Notes under the pieces: generated by a model
Told to the model about the DNA's origin: nothing
Databases searched by the model: none
What the model saw: only the letters and a program-made list of their open reading frames with translations
UHGV virus genome: UHGV-1836508
Reading direction: 5' to 3' (one strand)
Length of the DNA stretch: 41,013 bases
Origin: a virus
Program-made: the position numbers and the translations under genes
In this document: positions 20,125 to 28,875 of the stretch, piece after piece
Numbering within the stretch: position 1 is the stretch's first letter
How the letters are laid out: each line of letters begins with the position of its first letter

Positions 20125-21000
20125 TTAAATTTTTACATTGGTCAGTGCAGCGATAGCCTTATCGTGCTTATTCGCCAGAGAGCAGTACCACTTCACACGG
20201 GTACGTACTGCGTCTTTGTTCTGTACAGTACCAATGTTTTCAACAACGATACCTGCGTTGTCGCCGCCATACAGACCAGTAACGCCGTTCTCTTCTGACA
20301 GATGCAGGCAGTAGATGCTTGCTTTGCCAGAATCGGTCGGGATGAAGTCGTTGATGATGAACGGAACGCCGTTATGACACAGCATCGGACGACCGAAGTT
20401 CTCCATCATGATTTCAGACGGACCTACGTTTACTGTACGCAGCAGCGCACGGTAAGCACGCAGGTGCTCTGAACGCATCATGATGCAGTCAGCACCAAGA
20501 TCTTTCACCGCATCGACCAGTTCGTCGAACATAGAGAAAGTCATAGATGCACCGGCGATATCGATCTTCTGATCTGCGTGCATCAGGCGTGGAATGCCGT
20601 CAAACGCCTTGTTGTTGGAGCTGGAGTCACCCAAAATCAGGTTGCGACGGAACGCACGAGCCAGACCTTTAACTTTCTGACGAACCTGAATAGCCAACTG
20701 GTTGTTGGTGTCGGCCATAGTGGTCGCCAGGAATTTATCAACGTCTACGTCACCAGCCAGAATACGCAGTTTCGCAACGCATTCTTCGAAGGTTGCTGCA
20801 CCTTCAGGGATGGTGTCGTTAACGTCGATGAAGGTAGCTTCACTCAGCGTTTTTTCACGGTTGTACAGATATGCCTTTGAATTAATTTTCATAAAAGGCA
20901 GGATGGCAAACAGGTCATCGCGATCGATGATAGTTTCGATCACACCCTGTTCAAGTTCGTTGTTAGACAGCTTTTCAGCTTCTTCACGCAGTAATGGCAT
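20125..21000 (-). CDS. major capsid protein
   Basis: 291 aa after scaffold and portal, followed by an attenuator; composition and length typical of HK97-fold capsid proteins. Confidence 0.75.
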   Translation of the reverse strand: MPLLREEAEKLSNNELEQGVIETIIDRDDLFAILPFMKINSKAYLYNREKTLSEATFIDVNDTIPEGAATFEECVAKLRILAGDVDVDKFLATTMADTNNQLAIQVRQKVKGLARAFRRNLILGDSSSNNKAFDGIPRLMHADQKIDIAGASMTFSMFDELVDAVKDLGADCIMMRSEHLRAYRALLRTVNVGPSEIMMENFGRPMLCHNGVPFIINDFIPTDSGKASIYCLHLSEENGVTGLYGGDNAGIVVENIGTVQNKDAVRTRVKWYCSLANKHDKAIAALTNVKI

Positions 21001-21025
21001 CTATCAATTCCCTTTGATTTAGATG

Positions 21026-21913
21026 TTACTTAAGTCCAATTTTCCCCAGACCGGAGGCCAACTTATCCATAGTCGACTTGTTCTTCGGTTGGGATATTGT
21101 GTAGGTCGATTTGGAATGTGAGCCTACACCCTGCTTGGCTTCGCTACGCATCAATGCGTCAGCTTCCGGATCTGCCCGCACAATGCGTTCAATCGCGGAT
21201 TCAAACGGCAACGGCTTACCTTCACCGTCAACCAGAACAGCTCGTTCTTTGTGACCTGCCGGTTTGTCATAACCCACTACGCTACCGTCTTCACCCACTT
21301 CAAAATGAGAACCGTAGATCACGCGGGCTTTTGCCGGGGTCATCAGAACTTTGTCACGTAGGAAGAGAGAGTTACTGAAGGAAGCGCCCACGGTCATCTC
21401 GACTAATTGAGATTTCAGTGATGCGTTTTCACTTTCCAGTGCTGCATAACGTTCGTCACGCTGTGCCAGCTCTGCCTGGTGTGCTTCGATCATCTGTTTT
21501 TTAACAGCATCGAACTCACCACGACGCTCCAGTTCAGCTTGCTCCGCCTCACGACGTGCGTTTTCTGCGGCCTGTTCAGCTTCTAAAAGCTGGCGAGCAC
21601 GAGCCGGATCGATATCACCGTACTGAGCAAGCTGATCGGCCAATGTGCGCTCTTTCTCTTTGCGCTTCATGTTCTCCTTCAGCAGTTCAGCACCAGCTTT
21701 CTTGGTTTTACGAAGTTCGGCCAGTAACTCTTCCTGAGTCATGCCAGCGTATTCGTCATCGCCCTTCGGCTGCTCTTTTTGTTCACCCTGTTTGTCAGGA
21801 TCTTGTGTACTCTGCTCATTATCAGCAGCTACACCGCCAGCGCCTCCACGCTCATGCGCTTCAGCGACATCCATCAGACCACGACGGGCCAAAAGCATTT
21901 GCCACAGATTCAT
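21026..21913 (-). CDS. scaffolding protein
   Basis: 295 aa, long charged coiled-coil stretch (…AELERRGEFDAVKKQMIEAHQAELAQRDERYAALESENASLKSQL…) between portal and capsid genes; SD AAGGA. Confidence 0.6.
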   Translation of the reverse strand: MNLWQMLLARRGLMDVAEAHERGGAGGVAADNEQSTQDPDKQGEQKEQPKGDDEYAGMTQEELLAELRKTKKAGAELLKENMKRKEKERTLADQLAQYGDIDPARARQLLEAEQAAENARREAEQAELERRGEFDAVKKQMIEAHQAELAQRDERYAALESENASLKSQLVEMTVGASFSNSLFLRDKVLMTPAKARVIYGSHFEVGEDGSVVGYDKPAGHKERAVLVDGEGKPLPFESAIERIVRADPEADALMRSEAKQGVGSHSKSTYTISQPKNKSTMDKLASGLGKIGLK

Positions 21914-21934
21914 AAAAATTCCTTTTGTTACTTA

Positions 21935-23509
21935 TCACTCGTTCTCTTGAGTAGATGAGTCCCCATTCCCTCGGGGTTGATCTTGCCCGCTTTCTTGGGC
22001 TGCACCACGATCATAAGTAAGTACTGACTTATTTTCAAGGGTATTTAGATCATTTTTTGGAGGAAAATTCAAGAGATCTTTATCAAATTCCTTTTTCATC
22101 GCCTCAGTAATGTTCGGGAAAATCTTCTCAATAAGCATTTCCATCTGGTGACGACGTACAGAGTCCGGTGCCTGAAGTAATGACAGTTTCTCGGCAACAG
22201 AAAATTCATCAGTAAGGCCACGAATATCGAAACTTTCTGGATATGCAATTAAAGAGTGGTCTTCGTCCAGATCTACCCCCATCCATTTCGCAACCAGTAG
22301 CATGATTTGGCGTTCAGCCCTTTCCAGACGCTCTGCTTTTGTGACAAGCAAGCTATTTACACGCTGGAAGTCATACATTTTTGCGGCACCAGATGAATTA
22401 TCGATTCCCTGTGCGTTGTCCTGCTTCGTTCGCTCACCAGCTACACCAACTGAATGGTAGATTTCGTTAATCACCGTCTTAATCGTAGTGATGATCATCT
22501 GAGCTTGTTTCGGGTCTGGTGACAGATAAAACGGCTGGTTTCCACCTTCAGAATCGTAGGTGAAGACTCGCTTTGTGCCCATTTCAAGCACTTTAGTGTG
22601 GTTTTCATCACCAGGTAAAAGCGACTGTACCGGTATAGCCAACTGGCTAAATGTCTGATCCTGAATAATGGCATCAAGGTTTGACAGATAGTTTGCAACC
22701 GCACGATCAAGATAAGCGATATCATCGATCAACGATGGGCTGAAATACGGTGATTCACTTTCTCCAATACAATCAACAGGAAACACAGGAACTACGCCGA
22801 GATTATGCTCACCGCTATCCTCTAAAATTACTTTTGCCTGACGGCGACCTGCTCCACCAGCGCCCTTCTTCACTTCCTCACGGAACAGATACCACTCGTT
22901 TTGTGTCCACAGACGATAACGTTGGTATTCCTGACCTGTAGAAGTAAAAGGATCTGCGTCATCACGAGCGACTTCCACAATTAACGCCCACAACATATTC
23001 CCGTCGTCGTCCCATGCCACATCCAGCATTTGCTGAGGTGAAATCCAGTAGGCGTAGGCGCGAGCATCTTTCTTTTTCTCGTCAGCTACTGACTCAACAT
23101 CACCACTCATCGTGCTATCGACAACAACCCATATGCGACCGTAAATAGACGACTGCAAATCAATAGCGGCCATAAATGAGTCAATAGAGGCATTCTGGCG
23201 AGTCGCACGTTTCCAGAAATTGCGGATCTGCTCTGGTGCCTCTTCGATATTTCTATGAATGTCTTCTTTAAAGAGATATTTGTTGATGAGGTTTACCACC
23301 TCACGAGTGTGGTTGAAGCGATAAGCACGTTCAACTCGCTCCTTAAACTCCTGATCTCCCTCTTTAAAGTAACGAAAGATATTGTCTGTAAACCAACCAC
23401 GCCCGCCAGCGTAAGTGCTGGCGAGGAAGTCCCAATGTTCTTTTTTCTTTTCGTATTCCGGGTGGCGTCGCGCCACCAGATCCTTAATTTGTTTGTCGTT
23501 CAATTCCAT
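21935..23509 (-). CDS. portal protein
   Basis: 524 aa directly downstream of the terminase large subunit; size and position. Confidence 0.8.
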   Translation of the reverse strand: MELNDKQIKDLVARRHPEYEKKKEHWDFLASTYAGGRGWFTDNIFRYFKEGDQEFKERVERAYRFNHTREVVNLINKYLFKEDIHRNIEEAPEQIRNFWKRATRQNASIDSFMAAIDLQSSIYGRIWVVVDSTMSGDVESVADEKKKDARAYAYWISPQQMLDVAWDDDGNMLWALIVEVARDDADPFTSTGQEYQRYRLWTQNEWYLFREEVKKGAGGAGRRQAKVILEDSGEHNLGVVPVFPVDCIGESESPYFSPSLIDDIAYLDRAVANYLSNLDAIIQDQTFSQLAIPVQSLLPGDENHTKVLEMGTKRVFTYDSEGGNQPFYLSPDPKQAQMIITTIKTVINEIYHSVGVAGERTKQDNAQGIDNSSGAAKMYDFQRVNSLLVTKAERLERAERQIMLLVAKWMGVDLDEDHSLIAYPESFDIRGLTDEFSVAEKLSLLQAPDSVRRHQMEMLIEKIFPNITEAMKKEFDKDLLNFPPKNDLNTLENKSVLTYDRGAAQESGQDQPRGNGDSSTQENE

Positions 23510-23535
23510 TTGAATAACCTTAGATAATTACTTAC

Positions 23536-24792
23536 CTATCGAGAACCACCAAGAATAACACGGTTTTTGACTGGATACCTACGATGTACTGGATAGCCCA
23601 ATGCGTCTGCACTATGCTCAATGCCACCTGTCTTATCCATATCTCGTGTTCCAGGCTTGTAGATGACTTTTTCCAGTGAATCAATCAAATGCTTGCACTT
23701 CGGATCGATATACAGCCGGATATCTCCAGATGCGGTCATCAGCATTCGGTTAACAGCATTAACACGATCCGCAATTGGCGGGTGCTTTTTCGAATAATCG
23801 ACACGTAAGAATCCCTTCTCTTTGAATATGTCGACGTCAGACTCCCCGCGAGCATGTTGGCGATAAGCACCTGCCGGATCTGGAAATACCGTTATCTGTG
23901 ATTTCCAGCGCCAGAAGCGTCTCTCAAGCTCATCACAAACCTCTGCCGTGTTAGAGGAAAAGAGCACCAATTCATCAATTGCCCATAGCTCACCATTTGG
24001 CTGAGGTTGCAAAATTACTGAAGACATCGGGTCAATGTTGAAGTCCTGCCCTACCCATATAGGCAACCGAGGGTTGAACTGAAGCGGTTTTACATGCACG
24101 TTACGATCGAACGGGTAGTAAACGCGCCCGGACATGTTCTCAAAGCTCGCCAGGTACTCCTGAGCGAACGATTTCGGGTCCATATCGTTCTTAGCAGCTT
24201 CAATTTCCGCCGTAGGTACAAACGGAGAATCGGCAGTTACAAACTGCCAGCTCTTCCACTGTCCCTTTCTTTGCAGCTCTACGTTCTGGCCTATAGTCCA
24301 CAGTTTGTGAAATTCCGAGAAGCCTTTTGGCGTACCAATGATCAGTGCACCGCCGCGTGTCGATGAAAGAGTAGGTCGTAACACCTTGTACCAGGTGTCA
24401 GCCTTCATATCCTGAAATTCATCAAGCACTACAAAATGCAACGCTACGCCGCGCAGAGTGTCAGGCTTATCAGCACCTTTGAGGGCGATCTCCGAACCGT
24501 TCTTCAACACGATTGTCATCGTGGTGTCGTTCTTTTTCCTAACCCACTTACGAGGCAGAACTTCCTGTAGATCGTCCCACAAAATCTGGCGAGCCATCTG
24601 GTAAGTAGGAGCGACATACCAGACTCTTTGCTTTTTTTCCTTTGCCGCCGCACGAATAATAGTGGAGATCGACAACCGGGATTTTCCCCAGCGTCGACCA
24701 GCACAAACAACTTTAAATCGATGCGGAGACTGGAAGACTTTCATCTGTCCAGAATGCAGTTGCACAAGACTGAGCGAGGACGGGATTGCCAT
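23536..24792 (-). CDS. terminase large subunit
   Basis: Walker A …VVCAGRRWGKSRLS… and Walker B VVLDEFQDM in the N-terminal ATPase half; position before portal. Confidence 0.85.
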   Translation of the reverse strand: MAIPSSLSLVQLHSGQMKVFQSPHRFKVVCAGRRWGKSRLSISTIIRAAAKEKKQRVWYVAPTYQMARQILWDDLQEVLPRKWVRKKNDTTMTIVLKNGSEIALKGADKPDTLRGVALHFVVLDEFQDMKADTWYKVLRPTLSSTRGGALIIGTPKGFSEFHKLWTIGQNVELQRKGQWKSWQFVTADSPFVPTAEIEAAKNDMDPKSFAQEYLASFENMSGRVYYPFDRNVHVKPLQFNPRLPIWVGQDFNIDPMSSVILQPQPNGELWAIDELVLFSSNTAEVCDELERRFWRWKSQITVFPDPAGAYRQHARGESDVDIFKEKGFLRVDYSKKHPPIADRVNAVNRMLMTASGDIRLYIDPKCKHLIDSLEKVIYKPGTRDMDKTGGIEHSADALGYPVHRRYPVKNRVILGGSR

Positions 24793-25424
24793 TATTCGTC
24801 CTCCCCTTCAATTCCATCATCTGTCGCATCAAATTCGCTTAGAGCTTCTTCTTCCAACGTCTCAAGCAATTCGTCATCGATGATTTCAGGCTCGTCGTCT
24901 TCCTGACGTAATTTCGCCACCTGGGAAGGCGTAAGCTCACCAAATACCAGGTTCGGAATTTCTTCCTCGTCATTTTCCGCATGATCCATGCCCAATGCTT
25001 TGGACGAAACTTCAAAGCATTTTGCAAGGGTATTACTGGCTCTCTGTAAGCTCTTGAGAGAATCCTCAATCGCCCCTAAAGGCTTACCCTCACGTTTGGC
25101 CGTAGTGACTTCGACCATCACCATCTGCCCCAACGCATACGCCCAGCCGTCATAACGTGTACGACGTTCTTCTATCTTTTCCGCACGGGCTTTAGCGCGA
25201 AGCTCTGCGTCAGATTTAAGAGACTCACGAACCATCTTCCCAACAGAGTCCGCGCCTTTCTCTAATCCTCGCTTTTTGAAATGTCTGGAGAGTGTTTCAC
25301 GACGAATGCCGTACTCTTCCTCCAGCTTTGAGAGTGTATATTCGCCTGACGTCCATTTGGCTTCAGCTTCGGCCCACTCCGCTGGTGTCAGGCGAGTTTT
25401 TACCTCGTCTTTTTCGACCGTCAT
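24792..25424 (-). CDS. terminase small subunit (putative)
   Basis: 210 aa, HTH-like N-terminus (YTLSKLEEEYGIRRETLSRHFKKRG), acidic C-terminal tail, stop overlaps large-subunit ATG (TAATG). Confidence 0.6.
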   Translation of the reverse strand: MTVEKDEVKTRLTPAEWAEAEAKWTSGEYTLSKLEEEYGIRRETLSRHFKKRGLEKGADSVGKMVRESLKSDAELRAKARAEKIEERRTRYDGWAYALGQMVMVEVTTAKREGKPLGAIEDSLKSLQRASNTLAKCFEVSSKALGMDHAENDEEEIPNLVFGELTPSQVAKLRQEDDEPEIIDDELLETLEEEALSEFDATDDGIEGEDE

Positions 25425-25443
25425 AGATCCCTCTAAAACACAC

Positions 25444-25463
25444 AGAGCGCGTCCATGCGCTCT
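25444..25463 (-). other. leader hairpin immediately upstream of the terminase small subunit RBS
   Basis: AGAGCGC-gtccat-GCGCTCT, 15-20 nt before the SD. Confidence 0.5.
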
Positions 25464-25507
25464 AAAACAACTTGTTTACTGCATCTGCTAACCAACTTGT
25501 TTTCTGG
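25464..25507 (-). promoter_or_regulatory. two copies of the shared palindromic leader element (AAACAAGTTGTTT type) upstream of the terminase genes
   Basis: Plus strand aaaacaacttgttta (25464-25478) and accaacttgttttctgg (25491-25507); same element as in the early-gene leaders. Confidence 0.5.
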
Positions 25508-25549
25508 GGTGTTTAATTAGGTCTGGCATGTCTTACGAAGCCTGCTTCC

Positions 25550-25586
25550 GTATATATTTAATAAGTTACTTATTATTTATATATAC
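25550..25586. promoter_or_regulatory. 37-bp AT-rich nested inverted repeat upstream of the terminase genes
   Basis: gtatatat-tt-aataag-tta-cttatt-att-atatatac; outer arms gtatatat/atatatac and inner arms aataag/cttatt. Confidence 0.5.
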
Positions 25587-25619
25587 AGATGCAGGTCTTT
25601 AAATAAGCTCCCAGACCGA

Positions 25620-25886
25620 TTACATCACCAGTAACTTCGCTTTGGCTCGACCTAAAGTGGTTAACCCAAGAGTCCGGCGGTGATAGCGATTGTCACTGCG
25701 TTGGCGCGTATGCCCTTTCTCCACCAGCCCCTTTTTTATCAGAGCGCGAATTGAGAACTGGATACTTTGCTTGGTTGTCTTGTACGGCAAAACTTCAAGC
25801 AATTCGTCCAGGTCAAGTAGATGACCTCGCTCATAACCGAGATTGAGCGTTTTGATGATGTCCTTTTGTTTATCGGTTAACGTCAT
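25620..25886 (-). CDS. small winged-helix-like DNA-binding protein (putative regulator)
   Basis: 88 aa, basic C-terminus, helix-turn-wing pattern (…QSIQFSIRALIKKGLVEKGHTRQRSDNRYHRRTLGLT…); SD AAGGA 7 nt before the ATG; last gene of the ParB operon. Confidence 0.45.
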   Translation of the reverse strand: MTLTDKQKDIIKTLNLGYERGHLLDLDELLEVLPYKTTKQSIQFSIRALIKKGLVEKGHTRQRSDNRYHRRTLGLTTLGRAKAKLLVM

Positions 25887-25895
25887 GGCAAATCC

Positions 25896-26786
25896 TTATG
25901 CCGGTAAAGCAATTTCTAACGGTTTATCCAAAGGTTGTTTGTCGAATGCCAGCAGTGGCAGCGTGTCAGGCAGTCGACGGCCAAAGTCAGGGTTTCGGTA
26001 CACACCATACAACGGAGACGTAAAGCTCAGGTTGTGAATGTCCTTGAGCAGCTTCACAATGCTGGCCTCGTCCACCAGACTGTCGGCAATGTCCTGAATC
26101 GTCGTGCCACGATTCCGCCCAGCTTTTGCCAGGGAACTGTTCTTATGGTAGTCCGCCACCAAATCGCGCAGCGCACGGCGACGACGAGACTCGCTCATAG
26201 CGAACAACTCTTTGACGATCGCCTCGTTATCACCCGGGTCGGAGCGGAAATGGCGCTGGAACACACGCAGTGCACTTTCATAGCTCTTCGGTCGCTCAGG
26301 GCGGATGAACTTAAACCCTGCTTTCATGGCGAAGGGATTGTATTTGCTCATCGAGGACTGGATCTCAATGATTGGCCGGTCATGCATCCTGCTAACCAGG
26401 TTAATCATTCTATAAGAGACGCCTACGCCACGATACTGAGTATCCACAACTGAGCGACTGATCACCGCAAAGTTGTTATTCACGTACCGACCCCAGTACT
26501 GGTTAGCCACGGTGGTATTAGTGGTTGGTTTCAACTTAGGAAACATGCGGTGGCGAGGTGCCAACAGTAGTTTCGGGTAAGCCATAACCACGACGCCCAC
26601 CAGACGGTCATCAAGTTCGCAGCGATAGTAAGTTGGCGCGAAAGGTTTGCCGTCTGTTTTGTAGTGAAGCGACTTAAGAGCGTGCCAGTCCTCTACAGTT
26701 CCCTTTGTAACAGTCATTCGCTCCAGAAAGTCCAGATGACGCGGAAACTCTTCAGGGCGGTAGCGTTTAATGATGATGTCCGTCAT
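25896..26786 (-). CDS. GNAT-like acyltransferase-fold protein with C-terminal extension
   Basis: GNAT motif A-like QYRGVGVSYRMI preceded by hydrophobic strands, and motif B-like YNPFAMKAGFKFI; about 130 extra C-terminal residues. ATG overlaps the ATPase stop (ATGA). Confidence 0.5.
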   Translation of the reverse strand: MTDIIIKRYRPEEFPRHLDFLERMTVTKGTVEDWHALKSLHYKTDGKPFAPTYYRCELDDRLVGVVVMAYPKLLLAPRHRMFPKLKPTTNTTVANQYWGRYVNNNFAVISRSVVDTQYRGVGVSYRMINLVSRMHDRPIIEIQSSMSKYNPFAMKAGFKFIRPERPKSYESALRVFQRHFRSDPGDNEAIVKELFAMSESRRRRALRDLVADYHKNSSLAKAGRNRGTTIQDIADSLVDEASIVKLLKDIHNLSFTSPLYGVYRNPDFGRRLPDTLPLLAFDKQPLDKPLEIALPA

Positions 26787-27448
26787 GAATGGACCTCATC
26801 ATGACTACCATTGTGATATTCCACCTTCACGCGTTCTTTGTAGTGCTTGGTGATCTGCATATCAGGGCGCAGCGCGTTCTTCAGGTCTTCGTGAGTCGTC
26901 GCCACCATTACCGTCGCACCAACCTTTCGAGCGGCACGCTGGAGGTTAGACGCCACAACCTGAGCGGTTACACGGTCGAGAACAGCGCCGAACTCGTCAG
27001 CAGCCCATACTTTAGCGCCTGACTCAATCAGTTTGGCAATCTTGAGACGATATTTCTGGCCGTCTGACATTTCAGAAGGCTTGCGAACAAACAGATATGC
27101 ATCGTTCAGACCAGCCATAGATAACAACCCAAGCGCATCACTGGTCGTTTTGCCCAACTGATCGATGACGTTAACCTCATTATCGAAGGTAAAATCATCG
27201 ATGGAGGCTACAGACAGCCCTTCATCCTTCATCTGTCGTTGCAACTCGCGCAGCACAACGGATTTGCCGGAACCGGATTGGCCGGTGATGTACACCACAT
27301 CGCCCTGCTTCACTTCCAGCTCCAGATTGTCGTAAAGCGTCCACTCTTTTTCGTCCAGGCCAAGCCCGAACGACTCAGCGATTTCCAACGTGCGCGTGGT
27401 TTTATTTACGCGTGTCTGAAACGATACGTTGATGATGTATTTGCTCAT
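26783..27448 (-). CDS. stand-alone ABC-type ATPase (nucleotide-binding domain only)
   Basis: Walker A GQSGSGKS, ABC signature MSDGQ, Walker B VWAADEF, H-loop TTHED; no transmembrane segment; ATGA overlaps on both sides. Confidence 0.75.
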   Translation of the reverse strand: MSKYIINVSFQTRVNKTTRTLEIAESFGLGLDEKEWTLYDNLELEVKQGDVVYITGQSGSGKSVVLRELQRQMKDEGLSVASIDDFTFDNEVNVIDQLGKTTSDALGLLSMAGLNDAYLFVRKPSEMSDGQKYRLKIAKLIESGAKVWAADEFGAVLDRVTAQVVASNLQRAARKVGATVMVATTHEDLKNALRPDMQITKHYKERVKVEYHNGSHDEVHS

Positions 27449-28113
27449 GCAGCCATCTCCCCGGAAGAGATCTTCTCCGCATATGCCACAAATGCGTCTA
27501 CCCCGCTTTCTCCCGTCATTTCTTCCATATGGGCAAGCAAATCACCAACAACAATGGCAGAGCCAGCAGGGAGCGTTTTAAAGCCCAATACGTCGACAAC
27601 ACGTACTTCTTCCGCTGCAACTTCACGACTGATCTCGGTGTGTTCATCCTTCTGTCGTTTAGTTTCTTCGCCAAGATCGATAACTAGCGAGTCGGTGTCC
27701 ATTTCTTCTGTCATACTGCCAACGAGAACATTCAACTCACGCTCTTCAAAGCCGAAAACCTCAATATCGTCCAGAACAAGCGACTCAAGCTCTTTCTGTA
27801 GCTTAATTGCATCGTAATCAATGCTGGCAAGTCGGTTATCTTCAAGGCGCTTCGCACGAACCTCGTCATCACTCAGATCATCACGAACAATAACCGGTAC
27901 GCGCTCAAGTCCAGCAAAAATTGCAGCCTCACGGCGGCCGTGGCCAGTAATAATTACGTCGTTCTTATCGACCGTAATTGGCTGGTCAAATCCGCGCTTT
28001 TTAATGGCTGCGGCCAAATCTCTGATCTGCTGTTCATCATGCTTTTTGGCATTCATCTCATAGGGAATAAGATCTGCCGGGTCGCGATATACGATTTCAA
28101 ACTTTTTGGTCAT
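27445..28113 (-). CDS. ParB/Srx-fold (ParB N-terminal domain) protein, paralogue 2
   Basis: …VIITGHGRREAAIFAGLERVPVIV… matches the ParB arginine-rich motif; ATG at 28113 overlaps the upstream stop (ATGA). Confidence 0.75.
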   Translation of the reverse strand: MTKKFEIVYRDPADLIPYEMNAKKHDEQQIRDLAAAIKKRGFDQPITVDKNDVIITGHGRREAAIFAGLERVPVIVRDDLSDDEVRAKRLEDNRLASIDYDAIKLQKELESLVLDDIEVFGFEERELNVLVGSMTEEMDTDSLVIDLGEETKRQKDEHTEISREVAAEEVRVVDVLGFKTLPAGSAIVVGDLLAHMEEMTGESGVDAFVAYAEKISSGEMAA

Positions 28114-28811
28114 TACATACGCTCCTTGTAGTAGTCGACCAGCCACACCAGAGCCTCACCAGCGTTCTCCATTTCATTACCGGTGTTAATAGCCTGCTCT
28201 TTGATGATGTTTTTTATGGTTTCTGCAACACGATCTGACGCATCGAAAGTTACTTTGAAGCGCATGGTCTGATGTTCCGCACCCACACGTTCGGTTTTCT
28301 CTCGTTTGTCGGTATCGACAGGCTCATCACTACCACGAGACAACGCCTCCAGTGCTTCAAGGTCGATTGCCGCCTCTTTTGCTAAAACCATCGAGATTTC
28401 GTCGTCATACGGGGCGATTTCAGACAGTTGATAGTCAAGTTCTGACTGAATTTCTTCAATGAAGCGTTGCAATGCGATTTGGTCGTCTTCACCGTATCGC
28501 TCGTTGTCCACCAGTGACATCTGTTTAGCTACGACATCGCTAATTTTGCCCACAGAAAGCACCGGAACCGTTGAAATTCCTTGCTCAATAGCAGCACGCC
28601 AGCGATGTTCACCGCCGAGGATTTCAAAAAATCCATCTTCAAGTTCACGAGCCAAAATTGGCTTAAAAAAGCCCAATTTTTCGATAGAACCTTTCAGTTT
28701 TTCAAAATTCTGCGCACCAACCGAATTGGTGTTCCAGGTATTCGGGCGAAGGTTGGCAACATCAACCTGCAAAATCGTGATTTTTACATCCATTTTATTG
28801 CTACAATCCAC
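28113..28811 (-). CDS. ParB/Srx-fold (ParB N-terminal domain) protein, paralogue 1
   Basis: …EILGGEHRWRAAIEQGISTVPVL… is close to the canonical ParB GERRxRAA box. Start uncertain (GTG 28811 or ATG 28793), both with weak SD. Confidence 0.7.
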   Translation of the reverse strand: MDCSNKMDVKITILQVDVANLRPNTWNTNSVGAQNFEKLKGSIEKLGFFKPILARELEDGFFEILGGEHRWRAAIEQGISTVPVLSVGKISDVVAKQMSLVDNERYGEDDQIALQRFIEEIQSELDYQLSEIAPYDDEISMVLAKEAAIDLEALEALSRGSDEPVDTDKREKTERVGAEHQTMRFKVTFDASDRVAETIKNIIKEQAINTGNEMENAGEALVWLVDYYKERM

Positions 28812-28875
28812 TAAGTAATCACTTACTTATTATAATAGCCAAATAACATACAAAAGGCACTAAGGAAAGAGGTTT

